DNA from: Candidatus Limnocylindria bacterium
Lineage (GTDB): Bacteria > Desulfobacterota > Binatia > DP-6
Reading direction: 5' to 3'
Assembly (NCBI GenBank): GCA_035559675.1
Contig: DATMAZ010000220.1
Coordinates: forward strand, 11,024 to 75,023
Length of the DNA stretch: 64,000 nucleotides
Shown here: positions 49,320-59,210 of the stretch, one piece after another
Layout of the letters: each line of letters starts with the position of its first letter
Numbering within the stretch: position 1 is the first letter of the stretch
The notes under the pieces: generated by a model
The model's database searches: none
Told to the model about the DNA's origin: nothing
The model's input: the letters and a program-made list of their open reading frames with translations, nothing else
Position numbers and translations under genes: made by a program

Positions 49320-50333
49320 TCAGCAGCCCTCGGGAAAGACGTTCGAGCCCGCCACGATCACCTGCTGGATGGTGTTGGAGATGGGCGAGAGCGGCAGCGG
49401 CCCGGCGATCTCGTCCGGGTTCGGCGTGGACAGCGGATGATCGGCGCGCTCCTTGTAGGTGTCGTCCGCGCGCGAGTAGAGCGCGTAGCCGAGCGGCTGA
49501 CTGTCGCCCTCGACGCCGGCGAGCGCCCAGCCGCCGCCCTTGCGGTTGCCGCCGTACTCCGGCGCGGCGAACAGCCCCTCGATCGTGTGCTGGACGACGA
49601 GCCCGATGAAGTTCTTGCCGCGCCGCGGGTCGACCGGCAGCGTGGTCCGCGCCGCCTCGCGCACCCGCGCCCGTGCCTCGGCGTCGAGCGCGGCGAACGG
49701 GGCGCCTTCGCGCTCGCGGGCGAGCGCGTCGAGCTGCTCGAGACCCTCGCGGTAGCGTTCGCGCAGCCCGACCAGCGGCCCGCCGCCGAGCTGCGCGTCG
49801 AGGGGCTCTACGAGCGCGCGCTCCGCGGCGGCGAGGCCCGCCGTGCCGAGGAGCTGCCAGCGCCAGTAGAGCGTCTGGAGCCGGCTCGGCGCGACGAACT
49901 TCTTGAACGCGTTGCGCGGACGCTTCGTCGCCGGGGTGCCGGTGTCGTAGTCGATGAAGGGGTTGCGGTTGCTGTACGGGCCGCCGGCGTAGAGACGCGG
50001 GTGGCGCCCGTCGAACATCGTGAGCAGCCCCTCGATGTAGCGCACCACGCCGAGGTCGGCGGCGCCGGGCGTGTCGTCGGGCGGGACGATGCTGTCGACC
50101 AGCGCGGCCAGCGCGGCCCGCTCGCGCTTGGTAAAGAAGCGGCCGCGCGCGCCCGCCCAGACGCGCTCGATGCGGAACCACGGCGTGAGCACCACGACCG
50201 ACGCCGCCCCGAGCGCTTGCAGAAACGCTCGGCGTCCGAGCAGCACGCGCACTGCGCGGGTCGCGGTGGGAGGCGGCTCGGCCGGGGCCGGCGGCCGCGC
50301 GAACGCCAGGTTCGGAAGGCGGAGCCGACTCAT
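49320..50333 (-). CDS. Gluconate 2-dehydrogenase subunit 3-family protein (Tat-exported small subunit)
   Basis: Twin-arginine signal (LGRRAFLQALGAASVV). Located directly upstream of the GMC flavoprotein. It is the C-terminal 337 aa of ORF 49320..50753. Confidence 0.65.
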   Translation of the reverse strand: MSRLRLPNLAFARPPAPAEPPPTATRAVRVLLGRRAFLQALGAASVVVLTPWFRIERVWAGARGRFFTKRERAALAALVDSIVPPDDTPGAADLGVVRYIEGLLTMFDGRHPRLYAGGPYSNRNPFIDYDTGTPATKRPRNAFKKFVAPSRLQTLYWRWQLLGTAGLAAAERALVEPLDAQLGGGPLVGLRERYREGLEQLDALAREREGAPFAALDAEARARVREAARTTLPVDPRRGKNFIGLVVQHTIEGLFAAPEYGGNRKGGGWALAGVEGDSQPLGYALYSRADDTYKERADHPLSTPNPDEIAGPLPLSPISNTIQQVIVAGSNVFPEGC

Positions 50334-50384
50334 GGACGCGCCGGCTGTAGCACGGCTGGTCGCTCGGGTGCTAGGGCGCGAGCG

Positions 50385-50819
50385 ATGCGCTGGATCCTTC
50401 CGATGCTCCTCCTCGCGTGCGGGCACGCGCCGGCCCCCGCGCCGACGCCGCCCGCGCCACCCCCCGAGCCGCATGGCCTCACGGTGACGCTCGAATGGCA
50501 GGCGCCGGTGGACCTCGACCTCTACGTGACCGATCCGAGCTGGGCGACCGTCTACTACGCGCGACCCGACGGCCACTTCGCCCGTGACGCGCGCTGCGAG
50601 GGCGGGGCGCCCTCGGCGCAGTGGGAGCGCGCGTACTGGACCGATCCCCCGCACGGACGTTACCGTGTCGGCGTGGACTTCCCGGAAGCGTGCGGCGCCG
50701 CGCCCGACCGCGTTCCGTATCGCGTGATCGTCGCCGTCGACGGGGTCACCCACGAGACGCAGGGCACGGCCCGGCTCGGCCGCCGCGAGCCGCTGGTGCT
50801 GGAGTTCACGGTTCCGTGA
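50385..50819 (+). CDS. Small lipoprotein (hypothetical)
   Basis: MRWILPMLLLACG lipobox and a Pro/Ala-rich linker. Beta-rich body with two Cys. Confidence 0.5.
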   Translation: MRWILPMLLLACGHAPAPAPTPPAPPPEPHGLTVTLEWQAPVDLDLYVTDPSWATVYYARPDGHFARDARCEGGAPSAQWERAYWTDPPHGRYRVGVDFPEACGAAPDRVPYRVIVAVDGVTHETQGTARLGRREPLVLEFTVP

Positions 50820-51439
50820 CGCTGGTGGTCGCGTCGGCGTCGCCGCGCCGCCACGAGCTGCTCGCGGCCCTTGGGCTCCGCTTCGAGGTGGCGCCGGCCG
50901 ACATCGACGAGGAGGCGGCGGCCGGGACGCTCGCTCCGGCCGACGCCGCGCTCGCCGTGGCGACAGCCAAGGCCGCCGCAGTGCCGCGCCCAGACGCGCT
51001 CGTGCTCGCCGCCGACACGCTGGTCGTGCTCGACGGCGAGCTGCTCGGCAAGCCGGCGTCGCCGGCCGAGGCCCGGCGCATGCTGGCGCGGCTGCGGGCG
51101 CGCACGCATCGCGTGTTCACGGCCGTCTGCCTGGCTGCGCCCGACGGCACGCGAACTGCCGTGGTGGAGAGCGAGGTGCGCATGCGCGCCTACCGCGACG
51201 AGGAGATCGAGGCCTACGTCGCCGCGGGCGGTGGATTGGACAAGGCGGGCGCGTATGGCATCCAGGACGAGCCGCTGCGTCCCGTCGAGGCGATCGGTGG
51301 CTGCTGGTGCAACGTCATGGGGCTACCGCTCTGGACCACGTGGAGCATGCTGCGGAGCGCCGGGCTCCTCCCGCCGCGCGCGCCGGACGAGGCGTTCGCG
51401 CGCTGCGCCGCCTGCCCGTTGCGGGAGCGTGCCGCGTGA
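50816..51439 (+). CDS. maf: Maf-like nucleoside triphosphate pyrophosphatase
   Basis: VVASASPRRHELL...LAADTLVVLDGELLGKP...YRDEEIEAYV...DKAGAYGIQ. GTG start overlaps the lipoprotein stop as GTGA. Confidence 0.8.
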   Translation: MTLVVASASPRRHELLAALGLRFEVAPADIDEEAAAGTLAPADAALAVATAKAAAVPRPDALVLAADTLVVLDGELLGKPASPAEARRMLARLRARTHRVFTAVCLAAPDGTRTAVVESEVRMRAYRDEEIEAYVAAGGGLDKAGAYGIQDEPLRPVEAIGGCWCNVMGLPLWTTWSMLRSAGLLPPRAPDEAFARCAACPLRERAA

Positions 51440-53388
51440 GGCGCTGGCTCGTCGCCGCCGGCCTGGCGCTGGCCGTCCATGCGCGCGCCGCGATCGTGCT
51501 CACCGGCGAGGTGCGGGACGAAGCCGGCCGGCCGGTGGCCGGCGCATGGGTCACGGCGCGCAGCGTGGAGGCGGCGCGCGAGACCACCGTGTACACCGCC
51601 GACGACGGCAGCTTCCGCACGCCGCCGCTCGACGCGGGCCTGCTGCAGCTGCGCGCGCGCGCCTACGGCTACCAGGACCATGCCATCACGCTGGAGCCGT
51701 CGCGGCGCGAGGTTGCCCGCACCGTGACGCTCACGCTCACGCCCGAGACCGACGGCCGCGCGCTCGCCTGGCAGCTGCCCGCCCACCGCTGGCTCGACCT
51801 GGCGCTCGCCAAGATGCCGGACGACGCCATGCGCGAAGAGTTCGTGCGGCAGTGCACCTTCTGCCACCAGCAGGGCAGCTGGGCGACGCGCGTGCAGCGC
51901 GAGGAGGCCGAGTGGCGCAAGCTGATGGCGCTCATGGCGCGCATGGGCGGCGTGCTCTCGCCGGCCTTGCGCGAGCAGCTGCCCGCCATCCTGAACGCTG
52001 CCTGGGACGACGCCTCCTACGTGCCCGCGCTGGCCGAGCGCTTCGCGCCGCCGCCCCCGCCCCCGCCCGAGGCGCGCCGCGCCGTCATCACCGAATGGGA
52101 CGTCGGCATCACGGGATCGATGCCGCACGACGCGGCCGTCGGCCCCGGTGGCATCGTCTACGCCGTCGACATGACGCAGGACCGGCTCTACCGGCTCGAT
52201 CCGCGCACGGGCGAGCGCCGGGAGTTCACCATCCCGGGCGGCGGGCTGCCGCTCGGTGGCGTCTTTGCGGGCCGCCAGCCCATCCCGGCCAACGCCAACG
52301 CCCACGTCGGGCCCCACAGTCTGCAGGTCGCGCCCGACGGCGGGGTGTGGATCACGCTCGCGCTCGGTAACCAGCTCGCCCGCTTCGACCCCGGCACCGA
52401 GCGCTTCGAGATCGTCGCGCTGCCCGACGGGTACTACCCGCACACGCTGCGCTTCGATGCCGCGGGACGCATCTGGTACACGCTCGCCATCTCGAACCAC
52501 GTCGCGATGTACGATCCGCGCACGAGGGAGCATCGCACCTACCGGCTACCGGCACGCACCTGGGGGCAGGAGCTGGTGGTCCGGGCCATCCCGTTCGTGC
52601 TCTGGCTGCAGCGCAAGGTGGACCTCGATCCGGAGCGTGCGGGCGACGGCCCCCAGCTGCCCATCCCCTACGGGATCGACATCGCGCCCGACGGCGGCGT
52701 GTGGTTCGCGCAGCTGAACGAGCGGCGCATCGGACGCCTCGACCCCGAGACCGGCGACGTCCGCATGATCGACACGCCGTTTCCCGCGCCGCGCCGGCTG
52801 CGCTTCGACTCCAAGGGGCACCTCTGGATCCCGAGCTTCTCCAGCGGCACGCTGGCGCGCTTCGATCCCGCCACCGGCGAGTTCCGCAGCTGGACGCTGC
52901 CCACCGAGGAGACCGGCACCGAGACGCCCTACGCGCTCGCGGTCGATCGGCGCACCGACACCGTGTGGGTATGCGGCACGCAGTCCGACTCGCTCATCCG
53001 CTTCTCGCCGGCGGACGAGCGCTTCACCGTCTATCCGCTACCCAACCGGGTGACGTATACGCGCGAGATCGATTTCGACGAGCAGGGTGCCGTCTGGACC
53101 TGTAACTCGAACCTGCCCGCCTGGCAGATCGAGCGCGGCACGCCGACGCTCATCCGCCTCCAGCCCGCCGGAGAACCGCTTGTTCCTCGGAATCTTGCGA
53201 AAGGGGATGAGCCAGCGGACCTTGTGCTTCACGCGACGGACGAAGGCCTTGACCTCGGGGTGGGGGCCCGTGGCGCGGTAGAGGACGACGACGATGCCGC
53301 TCGCCGCCAGCCAGGCGACGAAGAGCGACGTCCACACCAACAGCCAGCGCCGGTCGCTCTGGACGGACTCCCGCCGATGGGCGGCTGA
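51436..53388 (+). CDS. Secreted multi-domain protein: CarbopepD_reg-like N-domain, CXXCH motif, and NHL/SMP-30/Vgb-like beta-propeller
   Basis: GTG start overlaps the maf stop. Signal peptide. TGEVRDEAGRPVAGAWV is carboxypeptidase-regulatory-like. CTFCHQ is a potential heme-c site. The body has repeated ...D-x-x-G-x-hW... blades. Coding signal (GC3) degrades after about 53160, so the last ~75 aa are doubtful. Confidence 0.6.
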   Translation: MRRWLVAAGLALAVHARAAIVLTGEVRDEAGRPVAGAWVTARSVEAARETTVYTADDGSFRTPPLDAGLLQLRARAYGYQDHAITLEPSRREVARTVTLTLTPETDGRALAWQLPAHRWLDLALAKMPDDAMREEFVRQCTFCHQQGSWATRVQREEAEWRKLMALMARMGGVLSPALREQLPAILNAAWDDASYVPALAERFAPPPPPPPEARRAVITEWDVGITGSMPHDAAVGPGGIVYAVDMTQDRLYRLDPRTGERREFTIPGGGLPLGGVFAGRQPIPANANAHVGPHSLQVAPDGGVWITLALGNQLARFDPGTERFEIVALPDGYYPHTLRFDAAGRIWYTLAISNHVAMYDPRTREHRTYRLPARTWGQELVVRAIPFVLWLQRKVDLDPERAGDGPQLPIPYGIDIAPDGGVWFAQLNERRIGRLDPETGDVRMIDTPFPAPRRLRFDSKGHLWIPSFSSGTLARFDPATGEFRSWTLPTEETGTETPYALAVDRRTDTVWVCGTQSDSLIRFSPADERFTVYPLPNRVTYTREIDFDEQGAVWTCNSNLPAWQIERGTPTLIRLQPAGEPLVPRNLAKGDEPADLVLHATDEGLDLGVGARGAVEDDDDAARRQPGDEERRPHQQPAPVALDGLPPMGG

Positions 53389-53427
53389 AACGGTGGGCTC
53401 GCGAGGATCGATCGCCATCCGCGGCAC
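53038..53427 (-). CDS. Small membrane protein (hypothetical), convergent with and overlapping the 3' end of the beta-propeller gene
   Basis: One TM helix (WLLVWTSLFVAWLAASGIVVVLY), then a basic tail. GC3 is high in this frame over 53130-53427, while the opposite plus frame has low GC3 there. Confidence 0.4.
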   Translation of the reverse strand: MPRMAIDPREPTVSAAHRRESVQSDRRWLLVWTSLFVAWLAASGIVVVLYRATGPHPEVKAFVRRVKHKVRWLIPFRKIPRNKRFSGGLEADERRRAALDLPGGQVRVTGPDGTLLVEIDLARIRHPVG

Positions 53428-53472
53428 TCAGGATAACGCGCCCGGCAAGCCGGCAAAAGCGTGCCTCGCGGC

Positions 53473-54279
53473 ATGACAATTCCGCGCTTCTCCCTGAGCC
53501 AGATCACCACGCTCGGCTGGACCCTCGAGCAGGACCTCGAGGCTTACGTGGCGGCCGGCGTACCGGCGCTCGGTGTCTCGCTCGCAAAGCTGCGCACTGC
53601 CGGCATGGCGCGCGGCGTGCGCCTCCTCCGCGCATGTGGCCTCCCCGTCTCGTGTGTCACCTCGTCGGGGCCGATCCCGCTCGACGATCCGGCGCGCGCA
53701 GCCGGCGCGGTCGCCGCGGCGCGCGAGCACCTGGCCGTGGCCGCGGAGCTGGGTGCCGCCTGTCTCATGCTGCTTCCCGGCGCGGCGCCGGGGCTCCCGT
53801 GGGACGAGGCCGCGCGCCGGGCTCGCGAGCACGTGGAGGCCCTTCGGGCCGATGCCCGTCGCCTCGGCGTCCGCCTCGCGCTCGAGCCCGTGAGCCAGCT
53901 TCGCATGGACCTCTGCTTCCTGCAGTCCTTCCACGACGCGCTCGACTTTGCCGACGCCATCGGCGCGCCCGAGGTGGGTGTCGTGCTCGAGCTGAACAAC
54001 GCCTGGATCGAGCGGCATCTCGACGCCGACATCCGCGAGCGCAGCGCGCGCATCGCCGTGGTGCAGGTGAGCGATTTCAAGGTGGGGACGCTGCGGGCGA
54101 GCGAGCGCGTGATGATCGGCGACGGCGACATCCCGCTCCGCCGGCTCTGCGGCGCGCTGGCCGCGGCGGGGTACGACGGCTGGTACGACATCGAGATCCT
54201 CGGCCCGGCCATCGAGGCGGCCGGCTACGCGCAGGTGGTCCCGCAGGCGCTCGCGCGGTTCCGGGGGCTCTGGACGTGA
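53473..54279 (+). CDS. Sugar phosphate isomerase/epimerase (xylose-isomerase-like TIM barrel)
   Basis: AP-endonuclease-2/TIM-barrel pattern (LALEP...VVLELNNAW...VQVSDF). Stop overlaps the next gene as GTGA. Confidence 0.65.
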   Translation: MTIPRFSLSQITTLGWTLEQDLEAYVAAGVPALGVSLAKLRTAGMARGVRLLRACGLPVSCVTSSGPIPLDDPARAAGAVAAAREHLAVAAELGAACLMLLPGAAPGLPWDEAARRAREHVEALRADARRLGVRLALEPVSQLRMDLCFLQSFHDALDFADAIGAPEVGVVLELNNAWIERHLDADIRERSARIAVVQVSDFKVGTLRASERVMIGDGDIPLRRLCGALAAAGYDGWYDIEILGPAIEAAGYAQVVPQALARFRGLWT

Positions 54280-55145
54280 ACGGCGAGCTGCACGCGGGGC
54301 TCCGGCCGCGTCGCGAGCGGGTGCGTGGCGCGGGTGTGGAGCTGTCCTGTCTCGTGTGGGGGGATGACGCCGCGCCGAGCGTGCTGCTCGTCCACGGCAA
54401 CGGCGGGCACGCGCGCTGGTGGGATCCGCTCGTCCCCTACCTGGTGCCCGGCTGGCGGCTGGTCGTGCCGGATCTGCGCGGCCACGGCGAGAGCGCCTGG
54501 GCCGAGCCGCCGCGCTATCTACTCGAGGACTTCGCGCGGGATCTCGTGGCGGTCGCCGACGCGCTCGCACCCGGGCGGATCCCGCTCGTCGGCCATTCGA
54601 TGGGCGGGCGGGTGGCGGTCGCCGTCGCCGCGGAGCGTCCCGAGCGGGTGGCCGCGCTCGCCGTGCTCGACTCGCGCTTCGATCCGATCGATCCCGCGTT
54701 TGCGGCCAAGTACCGCAAGACGAACGTCGGCAAACGCGAGGGCCGCGGCTATTCGACCCGGGAAGACGCGATCGCCGCCTTCCGCTTCATCCCGCACGAG
54801 CCCGACGTCGACCCGCGCATCACGGCGCACCTCGCCGCCCACGCGGTGTGCGAGCGTCGGCCGGGCGACTGGACCTTCCGCTTCGACCGCGGCGTGCTGT
54901 CGCTCGAAGGCGACGGCGCGGGCGATCTCCGCGAGCGCATCCCGCGCATCCGCTGCCCCGTGTTCGTCGGCGCCGGCTCGCAGAGCTGGGTCATGCCGCC
55001 CCGCGAGATCGAGTGGGTTCAAAGCGTGCTGCCGCAGGTCGAGACCCACGTGTTTCCGGGCGCGCATCACTTCCTGGTGCGCTGTCCCGAACGGCTCGGG
55101 CCCGTGCTGCGCCGCTTTCTCGACGCCACCACCGAAAGGCGCTAG
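54276..55145 (+). CDS. Alpha/beta-fold hydrolase
   Basis: VLLVHGNGGHARWW, nucleophile elbow GHSMGG, and C-terminal His (GAHHF). Confidence 0.8.
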   Translation: MNGELHAGLRPRRERVRGAGVELSCLVWGDDAAPSVLLVHGNGGHARWWDPLVPYLVPGWRLVVPDLRGHGESAWAEPPRYLLEDFARDLVAVADALAPGRIPLVGHSMGGRVAVAVAAERPERVAALAVLDSRFDPIDPAFAAKYRKTNVGKREGRGYSTREDAIAAFRFIPHEPDVDPRITAHLAAHAVCERRPGDWTFRFDRGVLSLEGDGAGDLRERIPRIRCPVFVGAGSQSWVMPPREIEWVQSVLPQVETHVFPGAHHFLVRCPERLGPVLRRFLDATTERR

Positions 55146-55156
55146 AGACCCCGCCC

Positions 55157-55933
55157 ATGCGACTGCAGAACAAGGTGGCCGTCATCACCGGAGCCGGGCA
55201 GGGAATCGGCGAGGCCTACGCCCGTCGTTTCGCCCGCGAAGGCGCGACCGTCGTGGTCGCCGACATCAACGAGGAAAAGGGCCGCGCCGTGGCGGCGTCG
55301 CTCGGCGCCCCGCACGTCTTCGAGCGCGTCGACGTCTCGAGCCAGGCGGACACCGAGCGCCTCGCCAAGGCGGTGGCCGACCGCTTCGGGAAGATCGACG
55401 TGCTGATCAACAACGCCGCCATCTTCTACGGCATCGACCACCAGAACCAGTCGTTCGAGTACCTGAAGAAGATCTTCGACGTGAACTACTTCGGCACCTG
55501 GCTCATGTGCCGCGCGGTCTTCCCGTACATGCGCAGCGGCGGCGGCGGCTCGGTCATCAATCAGTCGTCGTCGGCCGCCTGGCTGCATCCCGAGATGCCG
55601 ATGGCCAATCCGGACAGCGACCCGCTGCCCTCGTTCCACTACAGCCTGACCAAAGCGTCCATCAACGCCATGACGCACTTCATGGCCGGCAACGTCGGCC
55701 GCTTCGGCATCCGCGTGAACGCCATCGCGCCCGGGCCGACCATGACCGACGCCACCAAGACGGGCGTGCCGCAGGAGATCCTGCAGATGATCGTCGCCTT
55801 CCAGATGGCGATCCACCGGCCGCTCGAGCCCGAAGATCTCACCGGCACGGCCGTCTGGCTCGCCTCCGACGACTCCGCCATGGTGACGGGGCAGGTGATC
55901 CCGGTGGACGGCGGCATGATCATGCTTGGCTGA
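55157..55933 (+). CDS. SDR-family oxidoreductase
   Basis: TGAGQGIG, NNAA, and YSLTKASINAMT catalytic tetrad region. Confidence 0.85.
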   Translation: MRLQNKVAVITGAGQGIGEAYARRFAREGATVVVADINEEKGRAVAASLGAPHVFERVDVSSQADTERLAKAVADRFGKIDVLINNAAIFYGIDHQNQSFEYLKKIFDVNYFGTWLMCRAVFPYMRSGGGGSVINQSSSAAWLHPEMPMANPDSDPLPSFHYSLTKASINAMTHFMAGNVGRFGIRVNAIAPGPTMTDATKTGVPQEILQMIVAFQMAIHRPLEPEDLTGTAVWLASDDSAMVTGQVIPVDGGMIMLG

Positions 55934-56064
55934 TCGTCCGCCGCGCGTTCGTTGCGGGGTTTCGGTGTGGGGTGCGTGCGGGCGAGGGGGGCGTCTCGAG
56001 GACCCAAGTGAAGCGCACCCCCCGTGCGGCCCGACACCCCAAACGCCCGGTCCGACGGCCGACC

Positions 56065-57276
56065 TCAGATCACCCCGGCGTCACGCAACCGGCCGATGTC
56101 GTCCCACGAGTAGCCGAGCACGTCGATGAGGATTTCCTCGGTGTGCTGCCCGAACTCGGGCGCCGGCAAGCGAATGGAGCCGGGCGTCTCCGAGAGCCGC
56201 ACCGGCATCCCGACCACGCGCGTCGGCCCGAACGCCGGGTGCTCGAAGGTGGTGACGTAGCCGTTCGCCTGCACCTGCGGATCGTCGGGGAGGTCGTCGA
56301 CCGAGTTGACGATCGACACGATGAAGTCGCCGCTCGGGGCGAGTCGCGCGATCCACTCGGCGCGCGGGCGGGTGGCGAAGGTCTGGTCGAGCAGCGCCAC
56401 GCAGGCCGCGGCGTTGGCGGCGCGCGTCGCCATGTCGACGAAGCGCGGGTCGGTGGCCGCGCCCGGAATGCCGAGGGCCTCGCACAGCTTCGCCCAGTAA
56501 CGGTCGGGCTGCAGCATGGAGAGCGCGAGCCATTTGTCGTCCTGGCAGCGGTAGTGATTCCAGAGCGGGTTCACCGCCTGCGCGCGCGGCATGCGCGGCA
56601 GCGCGAAGCCCAGCATGAGCTTGGCGGAGAGCGAGAGACCCTGCAGCCAGGCCATCGAGCCCAGGTGCGAGGCATCGACTTCCTGGCCGCGGCCGGTCTT
56701 CTCGCGTGCCAGCAGCGCCGCAAGCACGCCGTAGGCGAGCATGACGGCGCCCATCTGGTCGGCGATGCCGCCAGCGATGGCGAGCGGCGGCTGGTCGGGC
56801 TCGCCCGCGGCGAGCATGATCCCCGAGCGCGCGATGCCGAGGTAATCGAAGGACGGCGCGGCGCGCTCGGCGCCCTCCGGCCCGTAGCCGGTGGCGCTGG
56901 CGTAGATGAGGCGCGGGTTGCGGGCGCGCAGCGTCGCCGCGTCGAGGCCGAGCCGCGCCGCCACGCCGTAGCGGAAGTTCTGCACGAACACGTCGGCGCG
57001 GTCGGCGAGCCGGCGCACGATCTCGACGCCTTCGGGCTTCTTCAGATCGACCGTCAGGCTCTTCTTGTTGCGGTTGTTCGCCTCGAAATAGAAGTTCGGC
57101 CGGTCCGAGAGGTCCATTCCCTGTGCCCGTAGCACGCCGCGTCCCGGGTCGCCGCCGGTGCGCTCCTCGATCTTGAACACCTCGGCGCCGAGGTCGCCGA
57201 GCATAACGGACGCGACCGGGCCCTGCTGCCAGATCGTCCAGTCGACGACTCGGATCCCCTCGAGCGGCATCGTCAT
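56065..57276 (-). CDS. CoA-transferase family III (CaiB/BaiF/Frc-like)
   Basis: LEGIRVVDWTIWQQGPVASVMLGDLGAEV and the conserved Asp region (IADQMGA). It is the C-terminal 403 aa of ORF 56065..57948. Confidence 0.85.
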   Translation of the reverse strand: MTMPLEGIRVVDWTIWQQGPVASVMLGDLGAEVFKIEERTGGDPGRGVLRAQGMDLSDRPNFYFEANNRNKKSLTVDLKKPEGVEIVRRLADRADVFVQNFRYGVAARLGLDAATLRARNPRLIYASATGYGPEGAERAAPSFDYLGIARSGIMLAAGEPDQPPLAIAGGIADQMGAVMLAYGVLAALLAREKTGRGQEVDASHLGSMAWLQGLSLSAKLMLGFALPRMPRAQAVNPLWNHYRCQDDKWLALSMLQPDRYWAKLCEALGIPGAATDPRFVDMATRAANAAACVALLDQTFATRPRAEWIARLAPSGDFIVSIVNSVDDLPDDPQVQANGYVTTFEHPAFGPTRVVGMPVRLSETPGSIRLPAPEFGQHTEEILIDVLGYSWDDIGRLRDAGVI

Positions 57277-57366
57277 GCCCGGACCCCTTGCACACGTCGC
57301 CGTTCGACGGCAAGGCGCTTGGGTCCAATGGGTCTGCATGGTACGCGGCCCGGCGGGAGGGACTAC

Positions 57367-58248
57367 ATGCACGTGTTGGTGACGGGGGCGACGGGTCTCA
57401 TCGGGCGGGCGCTGCTGCGCGCGCTTGCGGCGGCGGGCCACAGGATCACGCTCGTCAGCCGGACGCCGGGCCGCGCGCCGATGCGTGCCGTCGGCTGGGA
57501 CGGCCTTTCCGACGTGCTGGGGGACGTGGATGCGGTGGTGAACCTGGCCGGCGAACCGATCACCGCCGGCCGCTGGACCGAGGCGCGCAAGCAGGCGATT
57601 CGCGCGAGCCGCGTCGACGCCACGCGCGCCATCGTCGAGGCGATGCGGCATGCCAGCCGGCGGCCGTCGGTGCTCGTGAACGCCTCGGCGACCGGCTATT
57701 ACGGCCCGTGCGGCGACGAGACGGTCGACGAGTCGCATCCCGCGGGCTCGGACTTCCTGGCGAGCGTCTGCAAGGCCTGGGAGGCCGAGGCCATCGCCGC
57801 CGAGGCGCTCGGCGTGCGCGTGGTGCGGCTGCGCACGGGCATCGTGCTCGCTCCCGAAGGCGGGGCGCTCGGCCGCATGCTGATCCCGTTTAGGGCCTGC
57901 CTCGGCGGTCCGATGGGCAGCGGCAAGCAGTGGATGCCGTGGATCCACCTCGACGACGAGTGCGGGTTGATCGTCGCCGCGCTCGCCGGCGAGGGCTGGC
58001 AGGGCGCGGTCAACGCGACGGCGCCGGAGCCGGTCCGCAATCGCGACTTCGCGCGTGCGCTCGGCGATGCGCTCTACCGGCCGGCGATCCTACCGATCCC
58101 GGCGTTCGTGCTTCGATTGGCGTTCGGCGAGATGGCGGACATCCTGCTGAGCGGCCAGCGCGCCGTCCCCGCCGCGGCGCAGGCGCAGGGCTACGACTTC
58201 AAGCATCCGACGCTGCCCGAGGCGCTGGCCGATCTGCTGGCGCGCTAG
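57367..58248 (+). CDS. TIGR01777/YfcH-family NAD-dependent epimerase (with DUF1731 C-terminal domain)
   Basis: VLVTGATGLIGRAL...VVNLAGEPI...RWT...K pattern of the YfcH family. Confidence 0.8.
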   Translation: MHVLVTGATGLIGRALLRALAAAGHRITLVSRTPGRAPMRAVGWDGLSDVLGDVDAVVNLAGEPITAGRWTEARKQAIRASRVDATRAIVEAMRHASRRPSVLVNASATGYYGPCGDETVDESHPAGSDFLASVCKAWEAEAIAAEALGVRVVRLRTGIVLAPEGGALGRMLIPFRACLGGPMGSGKQWMPWIHLDDECGLIVAALAGEGWQGAVNATAPEPVRNRDFARALGDALYRPAILPIPAFVLRLAFGEMADILLSGQRAVPAAAQAQGYDFKHPTLPEALADLLAR

Positions 58249-58910
58249 ACCGCGGCGCGCTTCCGCGCCAGCGTCACGCCGTCGGCCACCGGCAGCATGA
58301 CGGCTTCGACCCGCTGGTCGGCCGCCAGCGCGTCGTTCAGCGCGCGGATGGCGACGGTCGACTCGTCCTGGTTGGCCGGGTTGGCCACCTCGCCCATCCA
58401 CAGCACGTTGTCGAAGACGAAGAGCCCGCCAGGGCGCACGCGCGGCAGCAGCGTCTCGTAGTAGTTGCGGTAGTTCGTCTTGTCGGCGTCGATGAAGACG
58501 AGGTCGATCTCCGGGCGCTCGGGCAGCGCGCGCAGCGTCTCGAGCGCAGGCGCGATGCGCAGCTCGATGCGGTCGGCGAGCCCGGCGCGCGCGAAGTAGC
58601 GGCGCGCGATCGCCGTCCACTCCTCGCTCACGTCGCAGCAGAGCAACCGGCCTCCCGGGGCGAGCCCGCGCGCGAGGCAGATGGCGCTGTAGCCGGTGAA
58701 GGTGCCGACCTCGACGATGGTGCGCGCGCCTACCAGCCGCGCCAGCAGCGTCAGGAACGCGCCCTGCTCGTGGGCGATCTGCATGACGGCCCAATCGCCG
58801 AGCGCGGCGGTCTCGGCCGCCAGGTCGGCCAGCACGGCGTCCCGCGGCGGGTTGTGGGCGAGCAGATACGCGTAGAGCTCCGGCGTGAGCCGCGTGAACT
58901 TGTCGTCCAT
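58245..58910 (-). CDS. Class I SAM-dependent O-methyltransferase (caffeoyl-CoA OMT-like)
   Basis: IVEVGTFTGYSAICLA (motif I) and DLVFIDADKTNYRNYYE. Its stop overlaps the yfcH-like stop region. Confidence 0.8.
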   Translation of the reverse strand: MDDKFTRLTPELYAYLLAHNPPRDAVLADLAAETAALGDWAVMQIAHEQGAFLTLLARLVGARTIVEVGTFTGYSAICLARGLAPGGRLLCCDVSEEWTAIARRYFARAGLADRIELRIAPALETLRALPERPEIDLVFIDADKTNYRNYYETLLPRVRPGGLFVFDNVLWMGEVANPANQDESTVAIRALNDALAADQRVEAVMLPVADGVTLARKRAAV

Positions 58911-59210
58911 GCGAGTCTGGAGATTGACGAAAAACCATCCCGCTGCCAAGGCTCGAACATGAGGCACACCGCTCTCAGCTTCGCCGCGGTGGGCGCGCTG
59001 GTCGGGGTCGCGGCGGCGGCGCAGGACAACATGCAGGACGCGCTGGAGGATCTGCGGCGCGCCCGCCAATCGCTGCAGCAAGCCTCCGAGAACAAGAGCG
59101 GCCATCGCGCTGGCGCCATCGATCACGTCGACAAGGCGATCGACGGGGTCGAGGAAGGCATGACGGCCGGGGCGCGAGGATCGCCGCTAGGCGAGCCGTC
59201 GCGCGGACGC

